Shown here: positions 45,972 through 55,454 of the stretch, in pieces
Numbering within the stretch: position 1 is the first letter of the stretch
Layout of the letters: every line of letters begins with the position of its first letter
Assembly: GCA_035479795.1 (NCBI GenBank)
Contig: DATIII010000008.1
Location: 94,487 to 158,486 of the forward strand
Origin: Candidatus Saccharimonadales bacterium
Lineage (GTDB): Bacteria > Patescibacteriota > Saccharimonadia > UBA4664 > SCTI01
DNA length: 64,000 bases
Direction of reading: 5' to 3'
The notes under the pieces: generated by a model
What the model saw: the letters and a program-made list of their open reading frames with translations, nothing else
The model's database searches: none
Told to the model about the DNA's origin: nothing
Position numbers and translations under genes: made by a program

Positions 45972-46606
45972 ACCGGCACCTCGGCCTTCATCTGGATCAC
46001 GTCGTAGGCCTGCTCGGGCATGGGCGAACTCTGAAGGTAGGCACCAACGAACAAAACGTCAGCATCTTTGGCCACAATCTGCTTCGCCACCACGTCGGTC
46101 ACGCCCCCATCGACGCCAACTTCCACGCTGGGATTGAGCTGGCGAACGGCGGCGATTTTTTCTAGCGGCCCGGCTTGGAACTGGCCGCCATTGTGGCCCA
46201 AGTGGCCAGTGAAAATAAGTACGTGGTCGGCCAGCTTAATTAGTTCGGCCGCCGAATCAACCGTCGTCTCGGGCAGGATAGCCACACCGGCTTTGACATC
46301 GAGCTCATGGCAATGATTGATGAGGGATGCGAGATCGCCGTTAGATTCGGCATGAAAGATAATCAACTCAGGATGCAAGCTTAAAGCTGACTCGATCTGG
46401 CTAGCCGGATCTTTGACCATCAGATGCAGGTCAACAGCCAACCCGGTATCAAAATGCACCTGGGCCAGGCTGATCGTGGGATTATCGGCAAACTGGCCAT
46501 CGCAAATGTCGATATGAACTCGCGGCGATAATGAAGTCGCCAACTTTAGCCGCTGATCATACTCGGCCGGGCTGGTGGCGAGCACCGTCGGCACCACTTT
46601 AGCCAT
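45968..46606 (-). CDS. rpe: ribulose-phosphate 3-epimerase
   Basis: TIM-barrel Rpe motifs (…HIDICDGQF…DLHLMV…GVDGGV…). Start taken at MAKVVPT… with a GGGGGA RBS; the ORF track's N-terminal extension is rejected. Confidence 0.85.
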   Translation of the reverse strand: MAKVVPTVLATSPAEYDQRLKLATSLSPRVHIDICDGQFADNPTISLAQVHFDTGLAVDLHLMVKDPASQIESALSLHPELIIFHAESNGDLASLINHCHELDVKAGVAILPETTVDSAAELIKLADHVLIFTGHLGHNGGQFQAGPLEKIAAVRQLNPSVEVGVDGGVTDVVAKQIVAKDADVLFVGAYLQSSPMPEQAYDVIQMKAEVPV

Positions 46607-46729
46607 TATTAAAAATCCCCCAGCTTGATGGAGTTCAAGGAAAAACCAGTCCCTGCAGCGAGGCGTAGTGCGACTACGTCGAGCGAAGCGACGCTGATTT
46701 GACGCTGAAATACGCAAACTGGAGGGTTT

Positions 46730-47182
46730 TTAGCCACCGTATATTTCCTCTATTTGTTCAAGTCGACGCTTGTGTCTTTCAAGGCCAGAAAATTTTTGAT
46801 CAATAAAGGCGTCTACCACGGCTAAGGCCGTATCGATGTCGATCATATTTGCCGGCAGCACCAGCACATTGGCATCGTCGTCATGACGCGCGGCGCGGGC
46901 TTCCTGCGGGCTCCAGACCAAGGCCGCTCGGATTCCCGGAACTTTATTGGCTGCCATGGCCATCCCCTGGCCGCTACCACACAACAAAATACCATAGGCC
47001 TCACCGTCTCCCTCGCCTAGCAGCTTGGTACAAACACTAAAGGCATATTTGGGATAATCATCGTCTTTGTTGAATGTCACCGCCCCCTCATCCTCAACGC
47101 CAATACCCTTATGAGCCAGGTGATCCAAGACCTGATTCTTCATCTCGAACCCTTTATGGTCAGAGCCCAGAAATACGACCAT
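46730..47182 (-). CDS. rpiB: ribose-5-phosphate isomerase B
   Basis: 150 aa, …LLCGSGQGMAMAANK… RpiB/LacAB fold. Confidence 0.85.
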   Translation of the reverse strand: MVVFLGSDHKGFEMKNQVLDHLAHKGIGVEDEGAVTFNKDDDYPKYAFSVCTKLLGEGDGEAYGILLCGSGQGMAMAANKVPGIRAALVWSPQEARAARHDDDANVLVLPANMIDIDTALAVVDAFIDQKFSGLERHKRRLEQIEEIYGG

Positions 47183-47241
47183 TTACAGTACTCCCAAAAC
47201 GATATGACGGTAGAGAGGAATTAACGCCGCAGATAGCGCCG

Positions 47242-48264
47242 TCATATCGTTTTCCCGACATTTATAACCTGTTCAACGAGTCGGTTCGAATACCCCCACT
47301 CGTTATCGTACCAAGCCACAACCTTCACCAAATTTCCGCCAACCACGTTTGTCAGCTTCAAATCCACAATGGCCGAATGAGTATTGCCGCGATAATCGGT
47401 AGAAACCAATTCTTCTTCAGTAGCGGCGAGGATCCCTTGAAGCTTGGGGCTATGACTGGCCTTGGTTAAAGCCGCATTTACCTCTTCGACCGTAGTATCT
47501 TTCTTACTGACAAAGGTGATATCAGCGATCGAAACCACCGGCGTGGGGACCCGAATGCTCATACCGTCAAAGATACCCTTTAGCGCCGGGTAGGCCAGAG
47601 CCGCTGCCTTAGAGGCACCAGTAGTGGTGGGCACAATGTTTTCAGCCGCATTGCGAGCTTCGCGCAGGTCCTTGGCCGGAGCATCTTGCAGCTTTTGGCT
47701 GGCCGTGTAGGAGTGAACCGTAGTCATTAAGGACTTTTCAACTCCAAAAACTTCATCCAAAACCACCATGACCGGTGTGATGCAGTTGGTGGTACACGAG
47801 GCATTTGAAACAATCTTATGTTCTGATGTAATTTTGTCCTCGTTAGCCCCAATCACAAAGGTTTCGTGGGCTTCGTGATGAGCTAAATCACCTTTTTCCG
47901 GGGCGCTCAGCACAACTCGCTTGGCTCCGGCCTTCAAATGTGACTCGAGAGCTTCATGGGTGGTGAAAAAGCCGGTGCTTTCAATGACCACATCTACCTT
48001 CAGGTCCTTCCAGGGCAGAGTAGCCGGATCTTTTTCGGCCAGAACTGCAATCTTTTTACCGCCCACAATCAAGTGTTTTTCATCGTGCCCGACTTCTTCG
48101 TGGTAAAGACCGTAGTTCGAGTCGTGTTTGAGTAAGTGGGCCAGCGTTTCGGTATCTGTTAAATCATTAACCGCCACCACTTCGAGCTCATGATGAGCGT
48201 TGGCAATCTTAAAGGCATTGCGGCCAATGCGCCCAAAGCCATTAATTGCTACTTTTATTGCCAT
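47242..48264 (-). CDS. gap: glyceraldehyde-3-phosphate dehydrogenase
   Basis: INGFGRIGR Rossmann motif and ASCTTNC active site; 340 aa. Confidence 0.95.
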   Translation of the reverse strand: MAIKVAINGFGRIGRNAFKIANAHHELEVVAVNDLTDTETLAHLLKHDSNYGLYHEEVGHDEKHLIVGGKKIAVLAEKDPATLPWKDLKVDVVIESTGFFTTHEALESHLKAGAKRVVLSAPEKGDLAHHEAHETFVIGANEDKITSEHKIVSNASCTTNCITPVMVVLDEVFGVEKSLMTTVHSYTASQKLQDAPAKDLREARNAAENIVPTTTGASKAAALAYPALKGIFDGMSIRVPTPVVSIADITFVSKKDTTVEEVNAALTKASHSPKLQGILAATEEELVSTDYRGNTHSAIVDLKLTNVVGGNLVKVVAWYDNEWGYSNRLVEQVINVGKTI

Positions 48265-48372
48265 ATTTCCCTCTTTATTGTTTTTGTTTTTGGCTAATCT
48301 TATCTACATCTTATAAGCATAAGAGCTATTATGCAATGTTTTGTCAGGTCTTACGGTAGTAGTGACAACCCG

Positions 48373-49002
48373 CTATTCGTTGGCGGTGAAATTGAAGCTA
48401 GCTGGAATGGGATTTGGCAGTTCGGACTCGGTGCCATAGGTCAGAACGATTTCCTGATGAGCTTCCAGCTTTAACTGGCGCGGATCACCGGTATACTCAT
48501 GACCGTTTACATAAACTCGCACTCTGCTATCATCCTTCGAGCCGTAACCACCTAGATGATCTTTATCAAATTTCACGCCCCAGATATCCATAAACTGGCC
48601 AAAGTAAAAATCCTGCTTCTTCGGCGACTCAACATGGATAACTCCGCGCGTGTCATGGGTATGTAGCTCGGTTATAAAACCTGCGGCCTCGTTGATGCCA
48701 ATCTCGGGAACAACCTCGACGGCCTTACCATGCACAAAAATATCCAGGTGCTGGTGAATATGGAAATCGACAGCTTCTTGCGGTAGAGCCGGCATACCAA
48801 TCTTATCCAAGCGTTCTTTTAGCTTGTCAGTATTCTTGGGCCATGGCGCTTCTGAGGTTAACAGGCCGGGCAAACCGTCTGACGTGGCACTGGGCTTAAC
48901 TGACTGATCGGGGGACTTATCGGAATTGCCGCCCAACATGAAAACGCCAACTAGGCCGGCAACGACCAGTGCCAAGACAATCCACAATCCGTACTTCCTC
49001 AT
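48373..49002 (-). CDS. secreted His-rich protein, hypothetical
   Basis: N-terminal TM/signal segment; HIHQH and HTHDTRGVIH motifs; overlaps the ppa start. Confidence 0.45.
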   Translation of the reverse strand: MRKYGLWIVLALVVAGLVGVFMLGGNSDKSPDQSVKPSATSDGLPGLLTSEAPWPKNTDKLKERLDKIGMPALPQEAVDFHIHQHLDIFVHGKAVEVVPEIGINEAAGFITELHTHDTRGVIHVESPKKQDFYFGQFMDIWGVKFDKDHLGGYGSKDDSRVRVYVNGHEYTGDPRQLKLEAHQEIVLTYGTESELPNPIPASFNFTANE

Positions 49003-49526
49003 TTGGCGGCCCTGGCAATCGATTCTTTAATAACCTGCTTGGCCTCGGCCGCATCCCCCCAGCCCAAAACCTTGGTTGAGCCTTGCTGCTTTAAATCCTT
49101 GTAGTGATTAAAGTGGTGCTCAATCTTTTGCTTCCAAGCAGGGTGTAAATCATCCATCGACTGGATCGTGTCACCGACATTGCGGTCATCCAGTGGTACG
49201 CAAATAATCTTATGGTCGGCGTCACCACCGTCATCAAAATTCATAATGCCGAGCACCTTGGCCTGCAGATAAACTCCCGTAGGCAAAGGCTCGTTGGTGA
49301 TAATCAGGGCGTCGAGCTCGTCTCCGTCGTCGTCCAGAGTACGCGGAATAAAACCGTAATTGACCGGCTTGGCAAAGATACTCGGCTCCACCCGATCAAG
49401 CTCAAAACAGGCCAGCTCACGGTTCCACTCGATCTTCAGTGTCGACCATTTAGGGATCTCCACCACCGTATTGATGATGCCGTTTTGGTAATCTCCAGCG
49501 TCTAATATTTTGTTAAAATCAGGCAT
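48999..49526 (-). CDS. ppa: inorganic pyrophosphatase (family I)
   Basis: …EIPKWS…DGDELDALI…DDGGDADHKII…; 175 aa. Confidence 0.9.
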   Translation of the reverse strand: MPDFNKILDAGDYQNGIINTVVEIPKWSTLKIEWNRELACFELDRVEPSIFAKPVNYGFIPRTLDDDGDELDALIITNEPLPTGVYLQAKVLGIMNFDDGGDADHKIICVPLDDRNVGDTIQSMDDLHPAWKQKIEHHFNHYKDLKQQGSTKVLGWGDAAEAKQVIKESIARAAK

Positions 49527-49534
49527 TCCTTCTC

Positions 49535-49960
49535 CTATTCCGTCACCGTTACCGTGGCGTGCATGGACGACATCGAGGCATGTGGTACACAGTAATATTT
49601 GTAAGTCCCAGCCGTATCAAAGCTAAAGCTGTAAGTCTCACCCTTACCGAGCAGTGGGCTGCTTAATCCCTTCTGGGGCGAATCATCCTCGCTGACGATA
49701 TCGTGCCGTACGCTGTCTTGGTTAGTCCACGTTACCCTAGTACCCTTTTTAACCGTTAGAGTTTGGGGCATGAAGGTAAAGTTTTCTATGCTAACCGCCT
49801 GAGCAGTGGCGGATGGAGACTGGCTTTGCTCGGCTTTTTGACTTTTCTGGCTGGAGTTACCAGCTGTGCTAGAAGGACTTTGAGCCGGACGCGCCAACAT
49901 CATAAAGGCCACAAAACCAATAACTACGACTCCAATAACTCCGATTATCCAATTCCGCAT
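49535..49960 (-). CDS. cupredoxin (type-1 copper, plastocyanin/amicyanin-like)
   Basis: Signal/TM N-terminus, His ligand …VRHDIV… and C-terminal YYCVPHASM (C-x2-H-x2-M). Confidence 0.7.
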   Translation of the reverse strand: MRNWIIGVIGVVVIGFVAFMMLARPAQSPSSTAGNSSQKSQKAEQSQSPSATAQAVSIENFTFMPQTLTVKKGTRVTWTNQDSVRHDIVSEDDSPQKGLSSPLLGKGETYSFSFDTAGTYKYYCVPHASMSSMHATVTVTE

Positions 49961-49973
49961 AGTTTCTCCTTAT

Positions 49974-50008
49974 TTCGACTTTCGACTTTCGACTTTCGAC
50001 TTTCGACT
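49974..50008. repeat. perfect heptanucleotide tandem repeat (TTCGACT)x5, equal to (AGTCGAA)x5 in the cupredoxin sense, between a TATAAT-like box and the AAGGAG RBS
   Basis: Direct reading: tat ttcgact ttcgact ttcgact ttcgact ttcgact tataat. Confidence 0.9.
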
Positions 50009-50049
50009 TATAATATTGTACCTTGGCAGCGCCAAAATCCAAGCTCTAG

Positions 50050-50988
50050 CTACTTTGCCACGTGATGAGGTGCCAGATAGTGACGGATTGATAAGGCCGC
50101 ACTGACCCCTTCACCGACGGCGCTGGCAATCTGCCCAATACTGCCAGCACAGACGTCCCCGGCGGCGTAGACTCCTGGTAGTGATGTGGCGAAGTCGTTG
50201 CCCACCTTCACCAGCCCTCTCTTATCGAGCTCGACGGCTCCGCCCAGCCAGCCGGTGTTGGGTAGCAGACCCACGAACACGAATACCCCATCAGTTTCGA
50301 GCTGACCCTTTGCCTTCGTGGCGTTATCAACCGTTTCCACACCCGACACTTTATGCCCTTCGGCCAATATTTTAGTAATCGAAGTATTGAATTTAACTTC
50401 TACATTGGGCAGTTTCTGAATCTGTTCAACCAGCACCTCGGCGCCCCGAAATTCACTGCCTCTCACGAGCATGGTAATGTGGCTGGCGAACTTAGCCAAA
50501 AACAATGTTTCTTGGAGAGCGGTGTTACCGCCTCCCACCGTTACCAGGCGCTTGCCCCGGTAGAGCGGACCATCACAGGTGGCGCAGTAATGCACCCCCC
50601 GTCCGCCGAGTTCCGTCTCGCCGGGCACTTCTAGGTGCTTGTAAGATGAGCCGGTGGCGATCAAAACGCTCTTGGCCAGGACGGGATCGCTATTAGTTTT
50701 TAAGGTTAACAGCTCATCGGAACGTTCAAGGCCGGCAACATCAACTCCAGTGCGAATTTCGGCTCCGAAACGTTCGGCCTGTTTGCGCATCAAATCGGAA
50801 AGTTCCAGGCCGCCGATGCCCTCTGGGAAACCCGGATAATTATCGACGATTTCGGTGGTGGCAATCAGACCACCAATCACACCATGATCAAGTACCACCG
50901 TTTCGAGGTCTTCGCGGGTGGTATACACGGCCGCGGACAGTCCGGTGGGGCCAGCGCCGACAACGGCTACATCGTAGATCTTGGCCAT
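50050..50988 (-). CDS. trxB: thioredoxin-disulfide reductase
   Basis: GAGPTG FAD motif and CATCDG redox centre; 312 aa. Confidence 0.9.
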   Translation of the reverse strand: MAKIYDVAVVGAGPTGLSAAVYTTREDLETVVLDHGVIGGLIATTEIVDNYPGFPEGIGGLELSDLMRKQAERFGAEIRTGVDVAGLERSDELLTLKTNSDPVLAKSVLIATGSSYKHLEVPGETELGGRGVHYCATCDGPLYRGKRLVTVGGGNTALQETLFLAKFASHITMLVRGSEFRGAEVLVEQIQKLPNVEVKFNTSITKILAEGHKVSGVETVDNATKAKGQLETDGVFVFVGLLPNTGWLGGAVELDKRGLVKVGNDFATSLPGVYAAGDVCAGSIGQIASAVGEGVSAALSIRHYLAPHHVAK

Positions 50989-51245
50989 CAGATCCCCAGG
51001 GCGTGAGCCAGGCGCGGCTGGTCAAAGCCAAGAATATGTTCCTCGGTGTCATCAGCCTTTTTGACTACTGTAAAAGGCACTCCCATTTGGCCGCTTAAAT
51101 TTATAAATTCCTCGGCCGCCTGAGCATCGGTATCCACCCGCACTTCATCAAACTTGATGTCGTGTTGCTTTAAAAATTCCTTTTCGGCATGGCAGTAGGC
51201 ACAGACGCCGGTGGTGTACATAGTGACACTTTTGATTTTGGACAT
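50988..51245 (-). CDS. glutaredoxin-like protein (NrdH/Grx, CxxC)
   Basis: …MYTTGVCAYCHAEKEFL…GVPFTVV…; start taken at MSKIKS with a GGGAG RBS. Confidence 0.7.
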   Translation of the reverse strand: MSKIKSVTMYTTGVCAYCHAEKEFLKQHDIKFDEVRVDTDAQAAEEFINLSGQMGVPFTVVKKADDTEEHILGFDQPRLAHALGI

Positions 51246-51304
51246 TGATTTCTCCCCTTTTGTGTTGATTATACCTATCCCAGCCACGACTGGCCAGTAA
51301 ATGC

Positions 51305-51448
51305 TTATGCTTTACGCCCAGCTAGTTGATTGTAGATAAACGCAACCAGTGCCACGACCAGCAATATATGTATCAGGCCGCCGCCTATATGCACGAACAA
51401 GCCAAGCAGCCAGAGGATTAACAGTATGCCCACAATTGTCATTATCAT
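51305..51448 (-). CDS. small membrane protein, lmo0937-like (47 aa, not in the ORF track)
   Basis: GGAGATGG RBS; MIMTIVGILLILWLLGLFVHIGGGLIHILLVVALVAFIYNQLAGRKA. Confidence 0.45.
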   Translation of the reverse strand: MIMTIVGILLILWLLGLFVHIGGGLIHILLVVALVAFIYNQLAGRKA

Positions 51449-51517
51449 TATTCCATCTCCTTAAATCTTAATCCTAAAATTCTTAACCCTAAGAAGCTTT
51501 AGGCAGTTTTCCAAAAA

Positions 51518-52615
51518 CTAGTCGTGGACCATCTGAGCACCTACAAGATGCGCCGCCACATCTGCCAGCGCGGCTTCGGCCTTGGCATCTAAGTTCAAAC
51601 TTTTAAGATTATTCAAAGCCGTTCGGAGATAATCGTTTATCATCTCATGAGCTGCCTGTTTGGCACCGCAGCCTACAATCAGCTCTTGCAGATTTTCCAC
51701 TTCTGACTTTTTTAGCGGGCGCCCAATGCCCAGTTTACCAGCCAGCTCCTCACGATCCTTGCCGTCCAGTTTCTCCAGCGCTAGCATAATCGGGATCGTC
51801 GGCTTACCCTCAACGACATCACCCATCACCTGCTTCCAATCAGTCTCATCGCTAAACAGATCAGAAAGGTCATTGTGGAGCTGAAATGCTAGCCCCAGCG
51901 GCACCGCCACTTCCTCCCACTTTGAAGCCTCGACTTGGCTGGCTCCGGCCAGGATGGCCCCAAGTTTGAGCGGGGCGATAAATGTATAGCTGGCGGTTTT
52001 GTAGCGGTTAATCTTGTTGAGTTGGTCAATCGATGGCTGCGGACCGTCGGGGCGCAGCCACATTAAATCAAGCTGTTGGCCGGCAGCCACTTCGGTAAAT
52101 ATCAGACGATTAAAGACTTTAAGTAGCTCTAGACGAATCTTATCTGGCATCGCTGCCTGCAATATTGGTTCGCTAGCCAGCCCGGCCACTACATCGCCGG
52201 CCACGATTGCTAAACTGTCGCCATAATGAGCTGCCTCGCCAGAAATCATTTTGTCTTCAGCTTGACGGCGATAAATAGCATTAATCGTCGGGTGGCCATG
52301 GCGCACATCATCGCGGTCCATGACATCATCATGAATAAGCAGAAATAGGTGGTACAACTCCTGGCTCAGTGCCACGTCCAAAATCAGCTCTTCATCGCGG
52401 CCGCCATGAGCCCGATAAGCTACATAGGCCAGGTAGGGCCGTAGTCGCTTGCCATCGGACGCAATACTTGCAATGTAACCCAACATTTCACCATACAGTG
52501 GGTCCAGCACGGTGGCCTCTGATATTTTTAACTCAAAAAAGTTAGCGACCCGCTGATCAATAGCTTGTTTAACCTGTTTTGGGGTTTTTATTTCGGCCGA
52601 GGCGGCGGTTTTCAT
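51518..52615 (-). CDS. polyprenyl synthetase family protein (e.g. geranylgeranyl/farnesyl diphosphate synthase)
   Basis: First Asp-rich motif LIHDDVMD and second motif …DDLSD…; 365 aa. Confidence 0.85.
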   Translation of the reverse strand: MKTAASAEIKTPKQVKQAIDQRVANFFELKISEATVLDPLYGEMLGYIASIASDGKRLRPYLAYVAYRAHGGRDEELILDVALSQELYHLFLLIHDDVMDRDDVRHGHPTINAIYRRQAEDKMISGEAAHYGDSLAIVAGDVVAGLASEPILQAAMPDKIRLELLKVFNRLIFTEVAAGQQLDLMWLRPDGPQPSIDQLNKINRYKTASYTFIAPLKLGAILAGASQVEASKWEEVAVPLGLAFQLHNDLSDLFSDETDWKQVMGDVVEGKPTIPIMLALEKLDGKDREELAGKLGIGRPLKKSEVENLQELIVGCGAKQAAHEMINDYLRTALNNLKSLNLDAKAEAALADVAAHLVGAQMVHD

Positions 52616-52651
52616 GCGTACAACTATACTCCGAGAGATGATGGTTACAAG

Positions 52652-53020
52652 CTATTTCTTCAGCAGCGTTTGAATTTTTGCGGCCAGCTCTGATGGTGTG
52701 GTGGTGACCTTAACAATATATTCGGTGATGCCCAGCGACTTGGCCTCATCCATAACCCGAGGCGAATCGATATTAGTAAATACCAAGATCTTCATATCCG
52801 GGAAGCGCTGACTCACCTTTTCCTGCTTCAGAAACTCGACTCCGGAAATACCTGGCATTAATAAATCCAAAACCATGACATCAGGAGTATCAGCTTGCAG
52901 CTGCTTGGCGGCTTCTTCGGCATTTCCGGCAATCATCATTTGATACCCGGCATGGGTCAGACCGTGAGCAAAGGCGTTTCGGATGTCGGCGTCGTCTTCG
53001 ACTATGAGAACTTTGGCCAT
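52652..53020 (-). CDS. response regulator, receiver domain only
   Basis: VEDDADIRNAF…VLDLLMPGISGVEFL…; 122 aa. Confidence 0.8.
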   Translation of the reverse strand: MAKVLIVEDDADIRNAFAHGLTHAGYQMMIAGNAEEAAKQLQADTPDVMVLDLLMPGISGVEFLKQEKVSQRFPDMKILVFTNIDSPRVMDEAKSLGITEYIVKVTTTPSELAAKIQTLLKK

Positions 53021-53091
53021 AACGTAACGATTATACTAAATAAAAGACCCCGCCGCAGCGGGACCTTTTATTGGTCATGCCGCGGAGGGGG

Positions 53092-53703
53092 CTAGCTGTA
53101 CTCGGCAGCGCTCAGCTCGAGCTCGATCTGATTGAGATGGCGCTGTAAGCGCTGCAAGGTCAGGTCCAGCGGCTCCTCAATGCAGCCCTCGAGCTGCTCA
53201 AGAGCGTCCTTCAGCTGTCGCCTACGAAGGTGGACTTCCCTGAGGGCGAGTTCTTCCGGAGAGCCGCCTTTGGTTATATAGCTCAGCACACGCTCCCGGA
53301 TCTTCTCGGGGGTTGCCTGTTGGTTGTAAAGAATTCGAGCCGCCACGCCCCCGTTTTCGTGCACCAGTCCGAGCAGGATGTGTTCGGGGCCGATGTAGTT
53401 GTGGCCCAGGATGAGAGCCTCGCGTAATGCCAGCTCAATCACCTTTTTTGACCTTGGAGTGAGCGCAATTTCTCGGCCCGGCTCCGAAGGCTCCGTACGA
53501 CCGGCGATGCCCTCAACCTCCAGACGAACATGACTGAGCTCGACATCAAGCTCGCGCAAGACCCGGGCCGCCAGACCCTGTTCTTCGAGAAACAAGCCAA
53601 GCAGAATGTGCTCAGTACCGACGTAGTTGTGCTTCAGCCTCTCGGCCTCCTGCTTTGCCAGGACTATGACCTGACGGGCCCGCTCGGTAAACCTTTCAAA
53701 CAT
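53092..53703 (-). CDS. Clp N-terminal domain repeat protein (ClpC/ClgR-like N-domain)
   Basis: Two Clp_N repeats (…GTEHILLGL… / …GPEHILLGL…); start taken at MFERFTER with an AGGAGG RBS. Confidence 0.7.
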   Translation of the reverse strand: MFERFTERARQVIVLAKQEAERLKHNYVGTEHILLGLFLEEQGLAARVLRELDVELSHVRLEVEGIAGRTEPSEPGREIALTPRSKKVIELALREALILGHNYIGPEHILLGLVHENGGVAARILYNQQATPEKIRERVLSYITKGGSPEELALREVHLRRRQLKDALEQLEGCIEEPLDLTLQRLQRHLNQIELELSAAEYS

Positions 53704-53804
53704 GATGACCTCCTGGTCACGCGCTAGTCCGTTTAGACTTAAGAAGGACAATACCACTTTTTTTATTTTTTTCAAGACTTGGAGATTAGGTTTATAATAA
53801 TCTG

Positions 53805-54788
53805 ATGAAAAAGATTCCGATTACCGCAATCACGGGCTTTTTGGGCTCCGGCAAAACCACCCTGCTCAATCACATTCTGACCAATAATCAGGGCTTAAAA
53901 ATTGGCGTGGTGGTGAATGACTACGGCGACATCAATATCGACCAGAAATTGGTGGCCGGACAGACCGATAAAACCCTCGAGCTGACTAATGGCTGCATTT
54001 GCTGCAGCCTGGGGACTCTTGAGCTGGATGAAGCCATCGGCCAGTTTGCCTACCCTGGCAGCGATATCGATTACATTGTGATCGAGGCTAGCGGCTTGGC
54101 TGAACCGGCCGACTTAGCGCTGACCCTACGCGAAGCCAGCGGCCGTCACACCCGGCTCGACAGCATCGTGACCGTGCTGGATGCAGCCAATCTAGAAAGT
54201 AACGCCGAGGCTCATACCACCGCCCTGCAGCAAATCGAGTACAGTGACTTTGTAATCATTAATAAGACGGATCTGGTTGATAGGGAAAAAATTGATCAGA
54301 TCAAAATGTTAATAACCGGTATAAACAATCGTGCCCGTATTTTCACAACTGACCATTCCCAGATAGATGTCCGGCTACTTCTCGACAAGGATGCCCACGA
54401 TCTAGACTTCAAAATCGAACATAATCACACCAAACACCTCCACGATGATTACCAAACTGTCAGTTTTTCTTCCGACCAGCCACTAGATCCGGTGGCCTTC
54501 CAGCAATTCGTGAATGACCAAATTCCGCCGGAGGTCTACCGAGCCAAGGGCTTTGTGAATCTGGGCAAAAAGGGGCATCGTCGCAAATATATCTTCCAGC
54601 TGGTTGGTAAACGAGCCGATTTAAGCTGGACAGACTGGGGCGAGGAAAAGCCGCAAACCCAGCTGGTCTTTATCGGCCGAGATTTTAATCAAAAACAGTT
54701 AATAGCCAATCTTGAGTCGGCCATCGATAAACAGTCGGATAAGTACGACCCGGATCAGCAGGTAGTCTTACCTAAGCACCGGAGTTAG
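53805..54788 (+). CDS. COG0523 (CobW/YeiR/ZigA-like) metal-chaperone GTPase
   Basis: Walker A GFLGSGKTTLL and GCICCS motif; 327 aa. Confidence 0.85.
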   Translation: MKKIPITAITGFLGSGKTTLLNHILTNNQGLKIGVVVNDYGDINIDQKLVAGQTDKTLELTNGCICCSLGTLELDEAIGQFAYPGSDIDYIVIEASGLAEPADLALTLREASGRHTRLDSIVTVLDAANLESNAEAHTTALQQIEYSDFVIINKTDLVDREKIDQIKMLITGINNRARIFTTDHSQIDVRLLLDKDAHDLDFKIEHNHTKHLHDDYQTVSFSSDQPLDPVAFQQFVNDQIPPEVYRAKGFVNLGKKGHRRKYIFQLVGKRADLSWTDWGEEKPQTQLVFIGRDFNQKQLIANLESAIDKQSDKYDPDQQVVLPKHRS

Positions 54789-54797
54789 CAGAGCCCG

Positions 54798-55358
54798 TCA
54801 AACGACGGGCTCTTTAGGGCGGCTGGTCATGTAGCGACCGTTGATACCTGGGCGACGAGCGGCCAAGGCGTCTTCAATGTTGTAGTCGAGGCGTTCAAGA
54901 GTGATCATCGGCGACACCCAAAACTCCAGGCCGGCGAAATCGTCGGATCCCAGGTAGTGCGCAGCGCGGGGTCGCAAGACTCGCAGATCATCAATCCGCT
55001 CGACGAGAAAGTGCTTACCGTCCTGATCCAGCGGGAAGGCGTAGGCGAACAACATCTGGGCCATGTCGTCGCGCAGGCTGTACTCGACGACCCGGTTATC
55101 TTCACAGGCGCCGACGAAGAAGCCTTGAGAACCGGACAGCAGGCAGGGGTGGTTTGACCGCAGTACCCGAAAAGCCTTCGGGATGCGCTCGACCTCGAGG
55201 ATCAGGCGGCAGTAGACCCCATCTACCACGCCGGCGATGTAAAAGCTGGTGAAGGGCTTGATGGTCTCCAGATCAACCTTGACCTTCGGAATGCCCAGCA
55301 CATAGGCCAGCTCGTGTGGCCTGGGGCGCTCCAGCCCCAGCAGTTTCTTGAAATTCAT
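54798..55358 (-). CDS. hypothetical protein (GC-rich)
   Basis: Start taken at MNFKKLLGL with an AAGGAG RBS; no motif recognised. Confidence 0.45.
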   Translation of the reverse strand: MNFKKLLGLERPRPHELAYVLGIPKVKVDLETIKPFTSFYIAGVVDGVYCRLILEVERIPKAFRVLRSNHPCLLSGSQGFFVGACEDNRVVEYSLRDDMAQMLFAYAFPLDQDGKHFLVERIDDLRVLRPRAAHYLGSDDFAGLEFWVSPMITLERLDYNIEDALAARRPGINGRYMTSRPKEPVV

Positions 55359-55454
55359 GGTGCTCCTTGCATCGGACGCAGGTGAACCCATTCTTAGCCT
55401 TTGCCAAACAAAAAACAAGAGGCCACAAGAGACCTCTTGTTTTTAGAAACTACT

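Noticed and set aside
45968-46717. N-terminal 37-aa extension of rpe, and similar extensions on gatA, the Clp_N protein, the glutaredoxin and AlkA
   Set aside because: Extensions come from upstream in-frame alternative start codons (the ORF track also reports GTG and TTG starts as M). Internal ATGs with SD sequences give canonical protein lengths and avoid gene overlaps.
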